Source: Pseudomonadota bacterium (GTDB lineage: Bacteria; Pseudomonadota; Alphaproteobacteria; Rhizobiales; Hyphomicrobiaceae). From it: a stretch of 50,003 bases of DNA. The notes under the pieces were generated by a model that was given only the letters and a program-made list of their open reading frames with translations, was not told where the DNA came from and made no database searches. Made by a program: the position numbers and the translations under genes. Below, piece by piece: positions 35,599 through 45,346 of this stretch. The stretch is taken from assembly GCA_023426855.1 (NCBI GenBank), contig JAEZBU010000098.1:1-50003 (forward strand), given 5' to 3'. The stretch's first letter is position 1. Every line of letters begins with the position of its first letter.

Positions 35599-37170
35599 AT
35601 GGCTTATATCGATCCGGCGACCACGGTCGCAGACCTCCTCGACACGCGCGCGCGCGAAAATGCGAGCCACGTGTTCTGCACGTGGCAGCAGGATCGGATC
35701 ACCTACGAACAGCTTGCCGCGCAGGTGAACCGTTTTGCGAACGGGTTCCTGGAGCAGGGGATCGGCGCCGGGCATCGTGTCGGCGTGATGCTGCCGCATC
35801 ATCCAGATCACATCTTCGTTCTGCTGGCGCTGGCGCGAATTGGTGCTGTCGCCGTGCCGATCAATACACATCTGCGCGGGGCAGGGCTGGAATATCAGAT
35901 CACGCACAGCGATCCGCACGCCATTGCCACGGATGCAGAGTTCGCCGAGCAGATACTGTCCGCCCTCGCGGCGACGAAGAGCGAAGCCCTCTTGCTCTGG
36001 CGTGGAAAAGAACTGCCGGAACGTGACAACGGTGCGCGGGTGATGGCATTCGGCGCACTGGTCAGCAGTTCGCAAGCGCCGCCACCGCACAAAGCCAAAC
36101 CGGAAGATGTCGTCGCCATCTGCTATACGTCGGGGACCACTGGAGCGCCAAAAGGCGTGCTGATCACCGACGCCATGTATCGCGCGGCGGCGACCAGTTC
36201 GCTGCGCATCTCCGGCATCGAAGACGGCGACGTGCCGCTGTTCTGGGAACCGATGTACCATATGTTCGGCATCGAGGTTGTGTTGCTGGCGCTGCACAAG
36301 CCGGTGACGCTGGCGATGGTCGAACGGTTCAGTGCGTCGAACTTCTGGCGCTGGGCGCGCGACGCCGGTGCTACACACATCCATTATGTCGGCGGCGTTC
36401 TGCAGCTTCTTCTCAAGCAGCTACCGTCCGACGGCGACCGTGATCACAAGGTTCGGGTTGCCTGGGGTGGTGGGTGTCCGCCTGAGCTTTGGTATGAATG
36501 TGAGACGCGGTTCGGGTTCGATCTGCGCGACAGTTTTGGCATGACTGAAACGGCTGCTTTGAACATCATCAATACGGAAGACATTCCCGGCGCGCTCGGG
36601 CGGCCGCTGCCGTACTTCGACGCGCGCGTCATTGATGGAAACGGCGATCCTGCTGCAACCGGCGAACTCGGCCAGCTTCTGATCCGCGGGCGCGAACCGC
36701 ATATCATCACGCCAGGCTATTTTCGGAATCCGGACGCTACTGCCGATACAATTCGAGATGGTTGGCTCTATACCGGCGACCTCGTCCGCCAGGACGAAAA
36801 TGGTGTGTTCTGGTTTTTCTCGCGCATAAAGGACAGTGTTCGGCGACGCGGCGAAAACATTTCGGCCTGGGAGGTCGAGCGCGTCATAAATGAGCACCCG
36901 GACGTCGAGGAAAGCGCATTGGTGATGGTGCGCAATGAGTTCGGCGACGAAGATCTCAAGGTCTTTATCAAGCCGATCGCCGAGCCTTTCGATCCGAGCG
37001 CGCTGATCGCGTGGTGCGCGACCCGGATGGCGAAGTTCCAGATCCCCCGTTTCGTTGCCTTTATCGAAGAGTTTCCGAAGACGCCGACGCAGCGTATCCG
37101 TAAACACGAGTTGCCGCGGGCAATCGATGATTGCTGGGACGGGGACACGAAGGCACAGGCTGCAAAGTAG
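35599..37170 (+). CDS. Acyl-CoA ligase, CaiC-like (second copy)
   Basis: YTSGTTGAPKG, DSFGMTE, TGDLV, RIKDSVRRRGENIS. Confidence 0.92.
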   Translation: MAYIDPATTVADLLDTRARENASHVFCTWQQDRITYEQLAAQVNRFANGFLEQGIGAGHRVGVMLPHHPDHIFVLLALARIGAVAVPINTHLRGAGLEYQITHSDPHAIATDAEFAEQILSALAATKSEALLLWRGKELPERDNGARVMAFGALVSSSQAPPPHKAKPEDVVAICYTSGTTGAPKGVLITDAMYRAAATSSLRISGIEDGDVPLFWEPMYHMFGIEVVLLALHKPVTLAMVERFSASNFWRWARDAGATHIHYVGGVLQLLLKQLPSDGDRDHKVRVAWGGGCPPELWYECETRFGFDLRDSFGMTETAALNIINTEDIPGALGRPLPYFDARVIDGNGDPAATGELGQLLIRGREPHIITPGYFRNPDATADTIRDGWLYTGDLVRQDENGVFWFFSRIKDSVRRRGENISAWEVERVINEHPDVEESALVMVRNEFGDEDLKVFIKPIAEPFDPSALIAWCATRMAKFQIPRFVAFIEEFPKTPTQRIRKHELPRAIDDCWDGDTKAQAAK

Positions 37171-37199
37171 GCCGGTAACGGCGCAAAAATGGAAACGCG

Positions 37200-37874
37200 G
37201 TGATGATGACTGTCGAGGAGGCCATCGTCGGCCGCAGAAGCATCCGGGCTTTCAAGAGCGATCCCGTCTCGCGCGAATTGGTCGAGCGGATTTTGAAGAT
37301 CGCAAGTCGTGCGCCTAGCGGCTCCAACATCCAGCCCTGGTATGTCCACGTATTGGCGGGATCAGCCAAGGACGCCTTGGTGAAAGATCTGATGCAGGCG
37401 CATGAACGCAATGTTCTTGGCCAGCATGAATATCAGTACGATCCCAATCCATGGTTCGAACCGTACCAATCGCGACGGCGCAAAGTAGGCTGGGATCTCT
37501 ACGGCGCCATCGGCATCCAGCGCGGGGAAACGGAACGGATCATGCGGCAGGTCGGGCGCAACTACGCTTTCTTTGATGCACCTATCGGCATGATTTTTAC
37601 AATTGAAACCCGGCTTCCAGTTGGCGGCTGGCTCGACTACGGCATGTTCATGCAGAACATCATGATTGCCGCGCGCGGGTTTGGGCTCGATACCTGCGCG
37701 CAGCAGGCCTTCTCCCGCTTTTCAAAAATCATCCGCGAACACATTCCATGCCCGGAAGGCCACACAATCATGTGCGGCATGGCGCTTGGTTATGCCGACA
37801 TGACCAAGCCGGAAAATCGCTTCGAAGCGGAACGCCGGACAGTCGACGATATCGCGACGTTCAAGGGGTTTTAG
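37200..37874 (+). CDS. Nitroreductase-family flavoprotein
   Basis: RRSIRAF, RAPSGSNIQPW, NYAFFDAP, DYGMFMQNIM, GLDTCAQ, CGMALGY. Start at 37200, 37203 or 37206. Confidence 0.93.
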   Translation: MMMTVEEAIVGRRSIRAFKSDPVSRELVERILKIASRAPSGSNIQPWYVHVLAGSAKDALVKDLMQAHERNVLGQHEYQYDPNPWFEPYQSRRRKVGWDLYGAIGIQRGETERIMRQVGRNYAFFDAPIGMIFTIETRLPVGGWLDYGMFMQNIMIAARGFGLDTCAQQAFSRFSKIIREHIPCPEGHTIMCGMALGYADMTKPENRFEAERRTVDDIATFKGF

Positions 37875-37900
37875 TTTGGCGAGCCATTCACTCTCTACGA

Positions 37901-39055
37901 TCAGAGGGTGCTGCTGCCGCCTAAAATTACGGTTGCCTCCGAGGAAAACAGACCACCGTTGGCATGGGTCAGCGCAACCTCGCAGTCGGAGATTTGGCGA
38001 GGCCCGCACTCACCACGCAGTTGCCGCACCGCCTCTACGAGCAGGAACAGGCCGTACATTCCCGGATGGCAGTATGACAGGCCGCCGCCGTTTGTGTTGA
38101 CCGGGAGGCTGCCGCCGGGGGCAATTCGCCCGTTCTCGACAAACCGACCACCTTCGCCTTTTGGACAGAAGCCGAGATCCTCAAGAAACAGGATCGGCAG
38201 AATGGAAAAGGCATCGTACAGCTCAAGGACATCGACGTCTTGCGGGCCGACACCAGCCATAGCATAGGCGCGATGGCCTGACTCTACCGCAGCCGTCACC
38301 GTGAGATCCGGCATGCTTGTGATATGACGGTGCGTTGTCGCCTCGCCGGTCCCGAGCACGTAGATCGGGGCTTTCGCACAATCTTTGGCCCGATCCGCAG
38401 ACGTCATGATCAGTGCCGCGCCCCCGTCAGTAACGAGGCAACAGTCGCGTACGGTCAGCGGGCTGCTGATCATGCGTGCCTTTAAAACGTCTGCAATGCT
38501 GATCGAATCCTGCAGCCACGCTTTGGGATTCATCGTCGCCCATTGGCGCGAGGCGACAACGACCTCTGCCAACTGTTCGCGCGTCGTGCCGTAAAGATGC
38601 ATGTGTCGAGATGCGGCGAGCGCATATGCCGTTAGCGGGTAGACGGGTTTGAACGGCTCCTCGTATGCCGGAAACTCCTGTGGCGCCGAGCGCGACCGGC
38701 CAACGCTGCGCTGCGTGCTGCCATAGGCGATCAGAGCTACATTGCAAAGGCCGGCATCCAGGGCCGCCGCGGCATGCGCCACATGGGTCAGGAACGAAGC
38801 GCCACCGGTATTGGTGCCATCAACGTATCGCGGGTTCAGGCCTAGATATTCGCAAAGCGAAAGCACGGGGAACGGCAACTGTGTGCTGGCGGTGAAGACG
38901 CCGTCCACATCGGAGAGCCGCAGTCCGGCATCCTGGAGCGCACGAACAGTAGCCTGTCCCATCAAATCGACCGGCGTCAGTCCGGGGGCGACTTGTCCAA
39001 GATCGGATTCAGCGACGCCCACAATGGCCGTCGCTCCGCGCAGAGAATGCGTCAT
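37901..39055 (-). CDS. Thiolase-superfamily protein (SCP2/Ltp2-type)
   Basis: TGGASF, DCCLVTDGGAA, ELYDAF, NTNGGGLSYCHPG, EAVRQLRG. Confidence 0.92.
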   Translation of the reverse strand: MTHSLRGATAIVGVAESDLGQVAPGLTPVDLMGQATVRALQDAGLRLSDVDGVFTASTQLPFPVLSLCEYLGLNPRYVDGTNTGGASFLTHVAHAAAALDAGLCNVALIAYGSTQRSVGRSRSAPQEFPAYEEPFKPVYPLTAYALAASRHMHLYGTTREQLAEVVVASRQWATMNPKAWLQDSISIADVLKARMISSPLTVRDCCLVTDGGAALIMTSADRAKDCAKAPIYVLGTGEATTHRHITSMPDLTVTAAVESGHRAYAMAGVGPQDVDVLELYDAFSILPILFLEDLGFCPKGEGGRFVENGRIAPGGSLPVNTNGGGLSYCHPGMYGLFLLVEAVRQLRGECGPRQISDCEVALTHANGGLFSSEATVILGGSSTL

Positions 39056-39441
39056 GCCGCGATTTCCATTGGATGGAAGACCGGAACAGGCATATCCGCG
39101 TCGCTGCCGATCTCGACACGGAGTTCGACGCGCATGCCGATCGCGACATGTTCCGGTGCGATGGTCTCGACGCGTGACAGCATGCGAAACCCTTCGTCCA
39201 GTTCGATCATGGCGATGTTGTAGGGTGCGCCCGATCCGTGAGCCGCGACCGTCGTCGCGTAAACCGTTCCGTTGCCGGCGCTGATGCGCCACTCAAGGTC
39301 CGTCAAGCCCGTCCGTCCAGCCATGAGCTTGGGTGGAAATATCACAGCCTGATCGAACGGGGAGAATTGGTAGGCAAGCTTCCCTTGGCGCAGATACTCA
39401 ACAAACGTCGCTTGTGGCGATTTCTCAGCTTGATCCGTCAT
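39052..39441 (-). CDS. DUF35-type OB-fold thiolase partner lacking Zn-ribbon cysteines
   Basis: GKLAYQ..., IFPP, LEWRISAGNGTVYATT, PYNIAMIELDEGFRMLSRV, IGMRV. ATGA-coupled to the thiolase. Confidence 0.88.
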   Translation of the reverse strand: MTDQAEKSPQATFVEYLRQGKLAYQFSPFDQAVIFPPKLMAGRTGLTDLEWRISAGNGTVYATTVAAHGSGAPYNIAMIELDEGFRMLSRVETIAPEHVAIGMRVELRVEIGSDADMPVPVFHPMEIAA

Positions 39442-39479
39442 TTCAAGTCGCTCTCAGCGTGAACTGTGCTCAAGCTCGG

Positions 39480-40247
39480 TTATCGCCACTCCAGCAGCCG
39501 ATCTTCAGCGACACTCATGATCCACGTGAGCGCCGTGCCAATCAGAGCAAGGAGCAGGAGGACCGCAAACACGCCATTGAGTTGGAACGTTCCGGCGAGA
39601 AACGAAAGATATTGTCCAAGGCCGCGCTGCGCGGCAATGATCTCGCCACCGATCACGCCCAGCAAAGCGTAAATGAGACCCAGTCGCAGGCCTGAGAAAA
39701 TCGTGGGAATTGCACTCCACAACGTGATCCGCCGGAAAACCTGGGTTGAGCTTGCCCCCAAGGTTTTCGCCAAAGTCAAATGATCGGCGCTCACGCCGCG
39801 GGCACCGGCCACGGTGCTGCTCAGCACGATGAAGAAAGTCAGGCTGAAGCCGAGCGCGATTTTTGAAGCCATCCCAAGGCCGAACCACAGGAGAAACAGG
39901 GGGGCCAGAGCGATACGCGGCAGTGCATTCAATCCCGCAAAAATCGGATCAAGGAACCGCTCGACCGTGGGAAAATTGACGAACAGCAGTCCGGTCAAAA
40001 TTCCAGCCGCGCTCCCGAGAATAAATGCTGCGAGAGTACTGGCGAGCGTCACCAGCAAATGCTCGATCATCGTCTGATTGACGAATATGCCCTGTATCAG
40101 AAAGTTGATGATGCCGATCGGATGGCCGACGAAAATCGGATTCACAAAGCCGAAACGGAAAGCCGCTTCCCATGCCGCTGCGAATACCAACAGCGCGATG
40201 ATACGCCAGACCCAAAGCGGCAGTCGTGAAGCGAGCGCAAGCGTCAT
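39480..40247 (-). CDS. ABC permease, NitT/TauC family
   Basis: ALPRIALAPLFLLWFGLG, AKTLGAS, GEIIAAQRGLG. Confidence 0.93.
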   Translation of the reverse strand: MTLALASRLPLWVWRIIALLVFAAAWEAAFRFGFVNPIFVGHPIGIINFLIQGIFVNQTMIEHLLVTLASTLAAFILGSAAGILTGLLFVNFPTVERFLDPIFAGLNALPRIALAPLFLLWFGLGMASKIALGFSLTFFIVLSSTVAGARGVSADHLTLAKTLGASSTQVFRRITLWSAIPTIFSGLRLGLIYALLGVIGGEIIAAQRGLGQYLSFLAGTFQLNGVFAVLLLLALIGTALTWIMSVAEDRLLEWR

Positions 40248-41068
40248 GTCGTTTCCAATGCAGTTTCCAGCTGCGTCCAAACGTGAGCATAAAGTTCGTG
40301 ATACTTCGGGTCGCGCTGCAATGCGCGAATGGAGCGCGGGCGCGGCAGATCAATCGGGATATCCGAAATGATGGTGCCGGGCCGCGCCCGCATCACGAGA
40401 ACGCGATCCGATAATGCGATCGCTTCGCTGAGGTCGTGTGTGATGAAGACAACCGTGCGGCGCTCTTCATTCCAGAGCCGAAGCAAAACGTCTGCGAGTT
40501 GCAGCTTCGTTTGTGCATCGAGCGCGCCGAAGGGTTCATCCATCAGGAGAATGGGTGAGTTCAGGCAGAAAGTACGCGCCAGCGCCACGCGCTGCCGCAT
40601 ACCTTGAGAGAGAGCTTTTGGATAAGCGTTTTCAAACGATGCAAGGCCGACCTGCTCCAGAAGGAGGCGCGCCTTGGCGCGACGGGCCTCCTTCGGGTAG
40701 TGGCGTATCTCCGCGCCAAATTCAGCGTTCTGGAGGGCGGTCAACCAGGGCAGAAGCGAATCTCGCGCAAGCATGTAGGCAACATCAGCACGACCGGACC
40801 GCGGCGGCTGACCACTCAACTGCACACTTCCTTGCTGGACCGGAATGAGACCAGCAATGATGTTGAGCAGAGTGGTCTTGCCACATCCACTTGGACCGAC
40901 GATCGAAACAAACTCGCCCGGTTTAATGTAAAGCGACGACTTGGCTATCGCTTCGACCCCGCCAAATCGCTGCGAAACATCGACGATCTGGATGGACCCG
41001 GAATCTGGGGCAAGTTCATTCGAAGCGGTGTCATGAACCGCCGAGCGAGCTGAACTGTGTGTTGTCAC
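40244..41068 (-). CDS. ABC ATP-binding protein, NitT/TauB family
   Basis: GPSGCGKT, LSQGMRQR, MDEPFGALDAQT, FITHDLSEA. Confidence 0.94.
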   Translation of the reverse strand: MTTHSSARSAVHDTASNELAPDSGSIQIVDVSQRFGGVEAIAKSSLYIKPGEFVSIVGPSGCGKTTLLNIIAGLIPVQQGSVQLSGQPPRSGRADVAYMLARDSLLPWLTALQNAEFGAEIRHYPKEARRAKARLLLEQVGLASFENAYPKALSQGMRQRVALARTFCLNSPILLMDEPFGALDAQTKLQLADVLLRLWNEERRTVVFITHDLSEAIALSDRVLVMRARPGTIISDIPIDLPRPRSIRALQRDPKYHELYAHVWTQLETALETT

Positions 41069-42093
41069 GGTGCGTTCTCGTAGATGAAGGGCATGTGATC
41101 GAACGGCTTATCGATCATTTTATTGATCACGAGAAAATTCGAGAACGCTTTAATCGAGTCGCGATCGATGCTGACGCCAAACCTCGGAATCTGCATCTTC
41201 AGCAGCGCCATCATCACCTTATCCGCGTCCTGCACATCGCCCATGGACAGGCGCTTTTTTGTGATAGCGGCGACCTGGTCGAAATTCTCAGGCTTTTGCA
41301 TCCACGCAATGGCTTCCGTCAGCGCGTGGATGAAAGCAGTAACTGCCGCCGGATTCTTTTTTATGAAATCCCGCCGCGCTGCATAAGTCTCAAAGCCGCC
41401 GTTGAGGGATTTGACTTCTGCCGGACCCTCGCCCTTATCCATGTCGACCGCGACGATGCATGTTTTTTGATATTCACAAAGGGCGCGGAACGGCTGGAAC
41501 ATCAAGGCTGCATCGATCTGCTTCGCAACGAATTGTGGGTAAGCCGTCGCCGGAGATCCGACTGCAACGTAAGTCACGCTCTCAGGATCGAGCCCGGCGC
41601 CGATCAACAGCGCGCGCACCTGCAGCTCGACACCCGATCCGCGAGCCGTCACGCCGACCTTTTTGCCGACGATATCTTTCATGATCGCAGGATAACCTGC
41701 GTCCTTGTTGGGTAATGGCACATCCGAACGAACGGTGAGTTCGTAAATATTGTTCGGCGAGTGGCCCACAATCACCTGCACGTCATTGCCGCGCGCGGCC
41801 GACTGCATCGTGACTTCGGTTGAGGCATACGAGACTTCGATGCTTCCGGCGGCGAGTGCCTGCAATCCGACGGGTCCGGACGGAATGGCGACGCCCTCGC
41901 ACCTCAGTTTGACGCGCTCGCAAAATCCGGCGTCCATCATCACCCAGTGCGGCAGGTTGAGGATGGTTCCTGGATATTCCTGAATGCGAATGAGTTCGTT
42001 GTTCGCAACCGGCGCATTCTGGGCGGCGGCACCGCCAGCAAGCAGTGCGGCGGCAATGACGCCTGCACCGAATCCAAAGATGCTTGATTTCAT
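41065..42093 (-). CDS. ABC substrate-binding protein, NitT/TauA family
   Basis: Signal peptide (MKSSIFG...AAA), ALAAGSIEV, GKKVGVTARGS, AGLDPESVTYV. Confidence 0.9.
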   Translation of the reverse strand: MKSSIFGFGAGVIAAALLAGGAAAQNAPVANNELIRIQEYPGTILNLPHWVMMDAGFCERVKLRCEGVAIPSGPVGLQALAAGSIEVSYASTEVTMQSAARGNDVQVIVGHSPNNIYELTVRSDVPLPNKDAGYPAIMKDIVGKKVGVTARGSGVELQVRALLIGAGLDPESVTYVAVGSPATAYPQFVAKQIDAALMFQPFRALCEYQKTCIVAVDMDKGEGPAEVKSLNGGFETYAARRDFIKKNPAAVTAFIHALTEAIAWMQKPENFDQVAAITKKRLSMGDVQDADKVMMALLKMQIPRFGVSIDRDSIKAFSNFLVINKMIDKPFDHMPFIYENAP

Positions 42094-42258
42094 TGGCCGT
42101 TTCCCTCGTTCAGGTGATCGTTCGATCCCATTTGGAGTGGCCCATAGGAGCTCACTCTCGTATAATGGAAAACAAATCCACGAAATGCGCAATAGGTTTA
42201 TTGCAATTCTAAAAAATTGTTTGCATTATTTGACATGAAAGAACGCGGAAAGTGATTG

Positions 42259-43092
42259 ATGGCTAAGCAGCATGGACGCTCGACTGAAGACGTGCCTCGC
42301 GAGTCGAAGCTGGACTCGGGCGCTCTCAAGCGCGGTTTCGCGATCCTCGAAATACTCGTTGAAGCGACGCATCCTCTGACGTCGCGGGATATTGCCGAGC
42401 AGTTGCAGCTCAGCGACAGCACGGTGTATCGGCTGCTGCAAACGATGTGCGAAGCGGGCTATGTCATTCGCGATGATGCGCGGCGCTATCACGCTGCATC
42501 GAAGGCGCTCCTGCCTCTGACGATTTATCATCCGTTGAGTGTGTTTCGACGGGACGCGTTTGAAATTCTCCGTGCTGCGCGAGAAGAATCCGGGCTCACC
42601 GCATCTGTCGTCGTCTTCGTCGGCAACGAACGCCTGGTTCTTGACGTTGCGGGTATCGTCGGCAGCCTGACGCCGTTCTACACAACGCGACTGGAGAACG
42701 CGATCCACGTGTCGGCAGCGGGCAAATTGCTGCTGCTGTCGAAATCGCCGGCCGATCGCAAGGCGATCCTGGGGCCTGGGCCCTATAAGGCATTGACGCC
42801 TGAAACGATCACCGACCCTGCTGTCTTCGAGGAGCACCTTCAGCAGGTCGCGGCAGCAGGATTTGCTACGAACATAAATGAAAATTTCATCGGGCTTTCT
42901 GCTGTTGCCGCGCCGCTGATAACCGGCCCCAATCAGATCGTGGGCTGTCTGATCGTGGCGGGCGCATCGGATCGCGTTGCGGGAGATCGCGCGATCGAGC
43001 TGGGTCAGTCGTTGCGGAACGGTGCCAAGCTCCTGTCAGCGGGATCGGCGGCGTTGCGTTCAGTCCGCGCTATGTTCGCAAGAATGCGCTAG
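42259..43092 (+). CDS. IclR-family transcriptional regulator
   Basis: ALKRGFAILEIL...LTSRDIAEQLQLSDSTVYRLLQTM; HVSAAGKLLL; SAVAAPL. Confidence 0.93.
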   Translation: MAKQHGRSTEDVPRESKLDSGALKRGFAILEILVEATHPLTSRDIAEQLQLSDSTVYRLLQTMCEAGYVIRDDARRYHAASKALLPLTIYHPLSVFRRDAFEILRAAREESGLTASVVVFVGNERLVLDVAGIVGSLTPFYTTRLENAIHVSAAGKLLLLSKSPADRKAILGPGPYKALTPETITDPAVFEEHLQQVAAAGFATNINENFIGLSAVAAPLITGPNQIVGCLIVAGASDRVAGDRAIELGQSLRNGAKLLSAGSAALRSVRAMFARMR

Positions 43093-43098
43093 GGGGAC

Positions 43099-44445
43099 GT
43101 GGTGAAACGCGTTTTGATCGCCAATCGCGGCGAGATCGCACTCCGGGCCGTTCGCGCATGTCGCGTTGCGGGGCTGCAAAGCGTGGCGGTCTATTCGACG
43201 CCTGACGTTTCATCACCGCATGTCTGGGCGGCGGATCAAGCCGTGTGCATAGGGCCAGCGGCGGCGCTGCAAAGCTACCTGGATGAAGACAGGTTGATGG
43301 AGGTGGCAAAAGCCACGCAATGCGACGCGGTTTATCCTGGCTACGGCTTTCTTTCCGAGCGTGCAAAGTTTGCCGAACGCTGCGGTGATGAGGGGCTTGT
43401 TTTCATCGGCCCGTCACCAGACGTGATCGAGGCGATGGGTGATAAAGCCGAAGCGCGGAAACGCGCCGAAGCGCGTGGAGTGCCTGTCGTTCCAGGATCA
43501 AGTGCAGCCTTCACCGACGTGGGGGAGGCGGCAAAAAGCGCGCGCGATATCGGCTTCCCGCTTCTTCTAAAAGCAAGCGCGGGCGGCGGCGGACGCGGGA
43601 TGCGCGTTGCGCAAAACGAGGCAGCCTTCGCCGAACTCTTCATGCAGGCCTCGGCCGAAGCAAGTTCCGCTTTCGGTAACGGCGAAATCTATCTTGAAAG
43701 GTTTTTCTCACGCGTGCGCCACATCGAGGTGCAGATCTTCGGCGACAGCCACGGCAACGTGAGGCACTTCGGCGAACGCGATTGCAGCGTGCAGCGACGT
43801 CATCAAAAGATCATCGAGGAAGCACCATCGCCGGTGCTCGAGCCTCAGGAGCGGCAGGAACTCTTACAGTCCGCAGTCGCGCTCGGAGAGGCGATTGGCT
43901 ACCAGAACGCGGGAACGGTCGAGTTCATCTTCGATGTCGAGAGCAGGCGGTTTTTCTTCATAGAGATGAATACGCGGATTCAGGTCGAGCACCCCGTTAC
44001 CGAAGCGCTGACGGGATACGATCTCGTTGCAGAACAGTTGAAGGTCGCAGCCGGTGATCGACTTTCGGCAGATCCAGTGAAACCGCCGGAGGTTGGCGCC
44101 GCCATCGAATGGCGAATCTGCGCGGAAGATCCCTCGCGCGGGTTCAAGCCCAGCCCTGGACGCATCCGCAATTGGCCCCGCCCTTCCGGTGTCGGCATCC
44201 GTTTCGATACGCATGCTTACAGCGGATACGATGTGCCACCGTTCTATGACTCCATGCTCGGCAAACTCATCGTTTCCGGCCGCGATCGTCGTGAAGCGAT
44301 CGCCAGGTCCGAAGCCGCGCTGATGGCATTCTCCGATACCGGTATCGCGACAAACGTGCCATTTCACCTCGACCTCCTTCACAGCCGCAAATTTCGCGAT
44401 GCCGAGATCCACACACGCTGGATCGAAGAGGAGTTGCTGAAATGA
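43099..44445 (+). CDS. Biotin carboxylase subunit (AccC/PycA-like)
   Basis: VLIANRGEIA, PGYGFLSE, GGGGRGMR, ERDCSVQRRHQK, EMNTRIQVEHPVTE, PPFYDSMLGK. Confidence 0.95.
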   Translation: MVKRVLIANRGEIALRAVRACRVAGLQSVAVYSTPDVSSPHVWAADQAVCIGPAAALQSYLDEDRLMEVAKATQCDAVYPGYGFLSERAKFAERCGDEGLVFIGPSPDVIEAMGDKAEARKRAEARGVPVVPGSSAAFTDVGEAAKSARDIGFPLLLKASAGGGGRGMRVAQNEAAFAELFMQASAEASSAFGNGEIYLERFFSRVRHIEVQIFGDSHGNVRHFGERDCSVQRRHQKIIEEAPSPVLEPQERQELLQSAVALGEAIGYQNAGTVEFIFDVESRRFFFIEMNTRIQVEHPVTEALTGYDLVAEQLKVAAGDRLSADPVKPPEVGAAIEWRICAEDPSRGFKPSPGRIRNWPRPSGVGIRFDTHAYSGYDVPPFYDSMLGKLIVSGRDRREAIARSEAALMAFSDTGIATNVPFHLDLLHSRKFRDAEIHTRWIEEELLK

Positions 44446-44882
44446 CGGCGCTTGATTTTCGCGAGATCGCGACGGTTCTGGAATACCTGGACGGAAAAAC
44501 GCAAGCGCTACCGGATGGCGTTTCCGTCGACTTTCAGCACGAGACGGCGGCGCCCATGGCCGAACCGCAACCGCCGGTGCAAAAACCCGGGCCCGTGTTG
44601 GTGCGCGCGCCGTGTCCCGGACGTGTGCAAATAACGAGCGCAGCGCAGGTCGTGCGTGAAGGCGACACGATCGCCGAGGTTCTCTGCGGTCGCCGACGCG
44701 TGCCCGTGCTGGCACCGGCCGCAGGTACACTTGGAGTTCCACTGTTTCAGTCAGGCCAGTTCGTTGAGTTCGATCAGGTGCTCGCGATCCTGAACACTTC
44801 GGTGAAGCCGGAAACGACGTCGGCGGACCCCAAAAACGTCAACACATCCCCGGCGCACGCGGGTGAAGGGAGAGAGGCATGA
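44442..44882 (+). CDS. Biotinyl-domain-like protein lacking the biotin-accepting lysine (pseudo-BCCP)
   Basis: VRAPCPG...VREGDTIAEV-LCGRR-VPVLAPAAGTL...GQFVEFDQVL biotinyl/lipoyl pattern without MK. ATGA overlaps on both sides. Confidence 0.78.
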   Translation: MTALDFREIATVLEYLDGKTQALPDGVSVDFQHETAAPMAEPQPPVQKPGPVLVRAPCPGRVQITSAAQVVREGDTIAEVLCGRRRVPVLAPAAGTLGVPLFQSGQFVEFDQVLAILNTSVKPETTSADPKNVNTSPAHAGEGREA

Positions 44883-45346
44883 ACCTCACATTCGAGGACG
44901 TCGAAACACTGCTGCGCGTGTTTCGCGAAACAGACTATTCGGAAGTTCGCATTGAAATAGGCGATTTCAAGCTTGCGGCCAGCAAGAATGGACAGGGCCT
45001 TTCGCACGTCGAGAGGTCGGAGCCCGTTACCGCTTCCGCTGCGCCGAAAGCCCCCCAGCAACAAGCCGATCGCGGCGCCTCGGTAGAGATAGAACCCGGA
45101 ACCATTGCCATTCGTGCCGAAGTCTCCGGGCAATTCTATCGTTCACCCAGCCCCGGCGCGGAACCGTTTTGCAAACCGGGGATGCAGGTTGCCCCTGATA
45201 CGGTGATCTGCCTGGTGGAAATCATGAAGCTGTTCACGTCCGTCACGGCCGGCGTTTCCGGAACGATCACCCGTATTCTCGTCGAGAATGGCAGCCCGGT
45301 CGAAGCCGGCCAGCCCCTGATCCTCATTCGCCCGGATAGGTCATGA
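44879..45346 (+). CDS. Biotin carboxyl carrier protein (AccB-like)
   Basis: GQFYRSPSPGAEPF, VEIMKLF (biotin Lys), VENGSPVEAGQPL. Confidence 0.93.
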   Translation: MNLTFEDVETLLRVFRETDYSEVRIEIGDFKLAASKNGQGLSHVERSEPVTASAAPKAPQQQADRGASVEIEPGTIAIRAEVSGQFYRSPSPGAEPFCKPGMQVAPDTVICLVEIMKLFTSVTAGVSGTITRILVENGSPVEAGQPLILIRPDRS

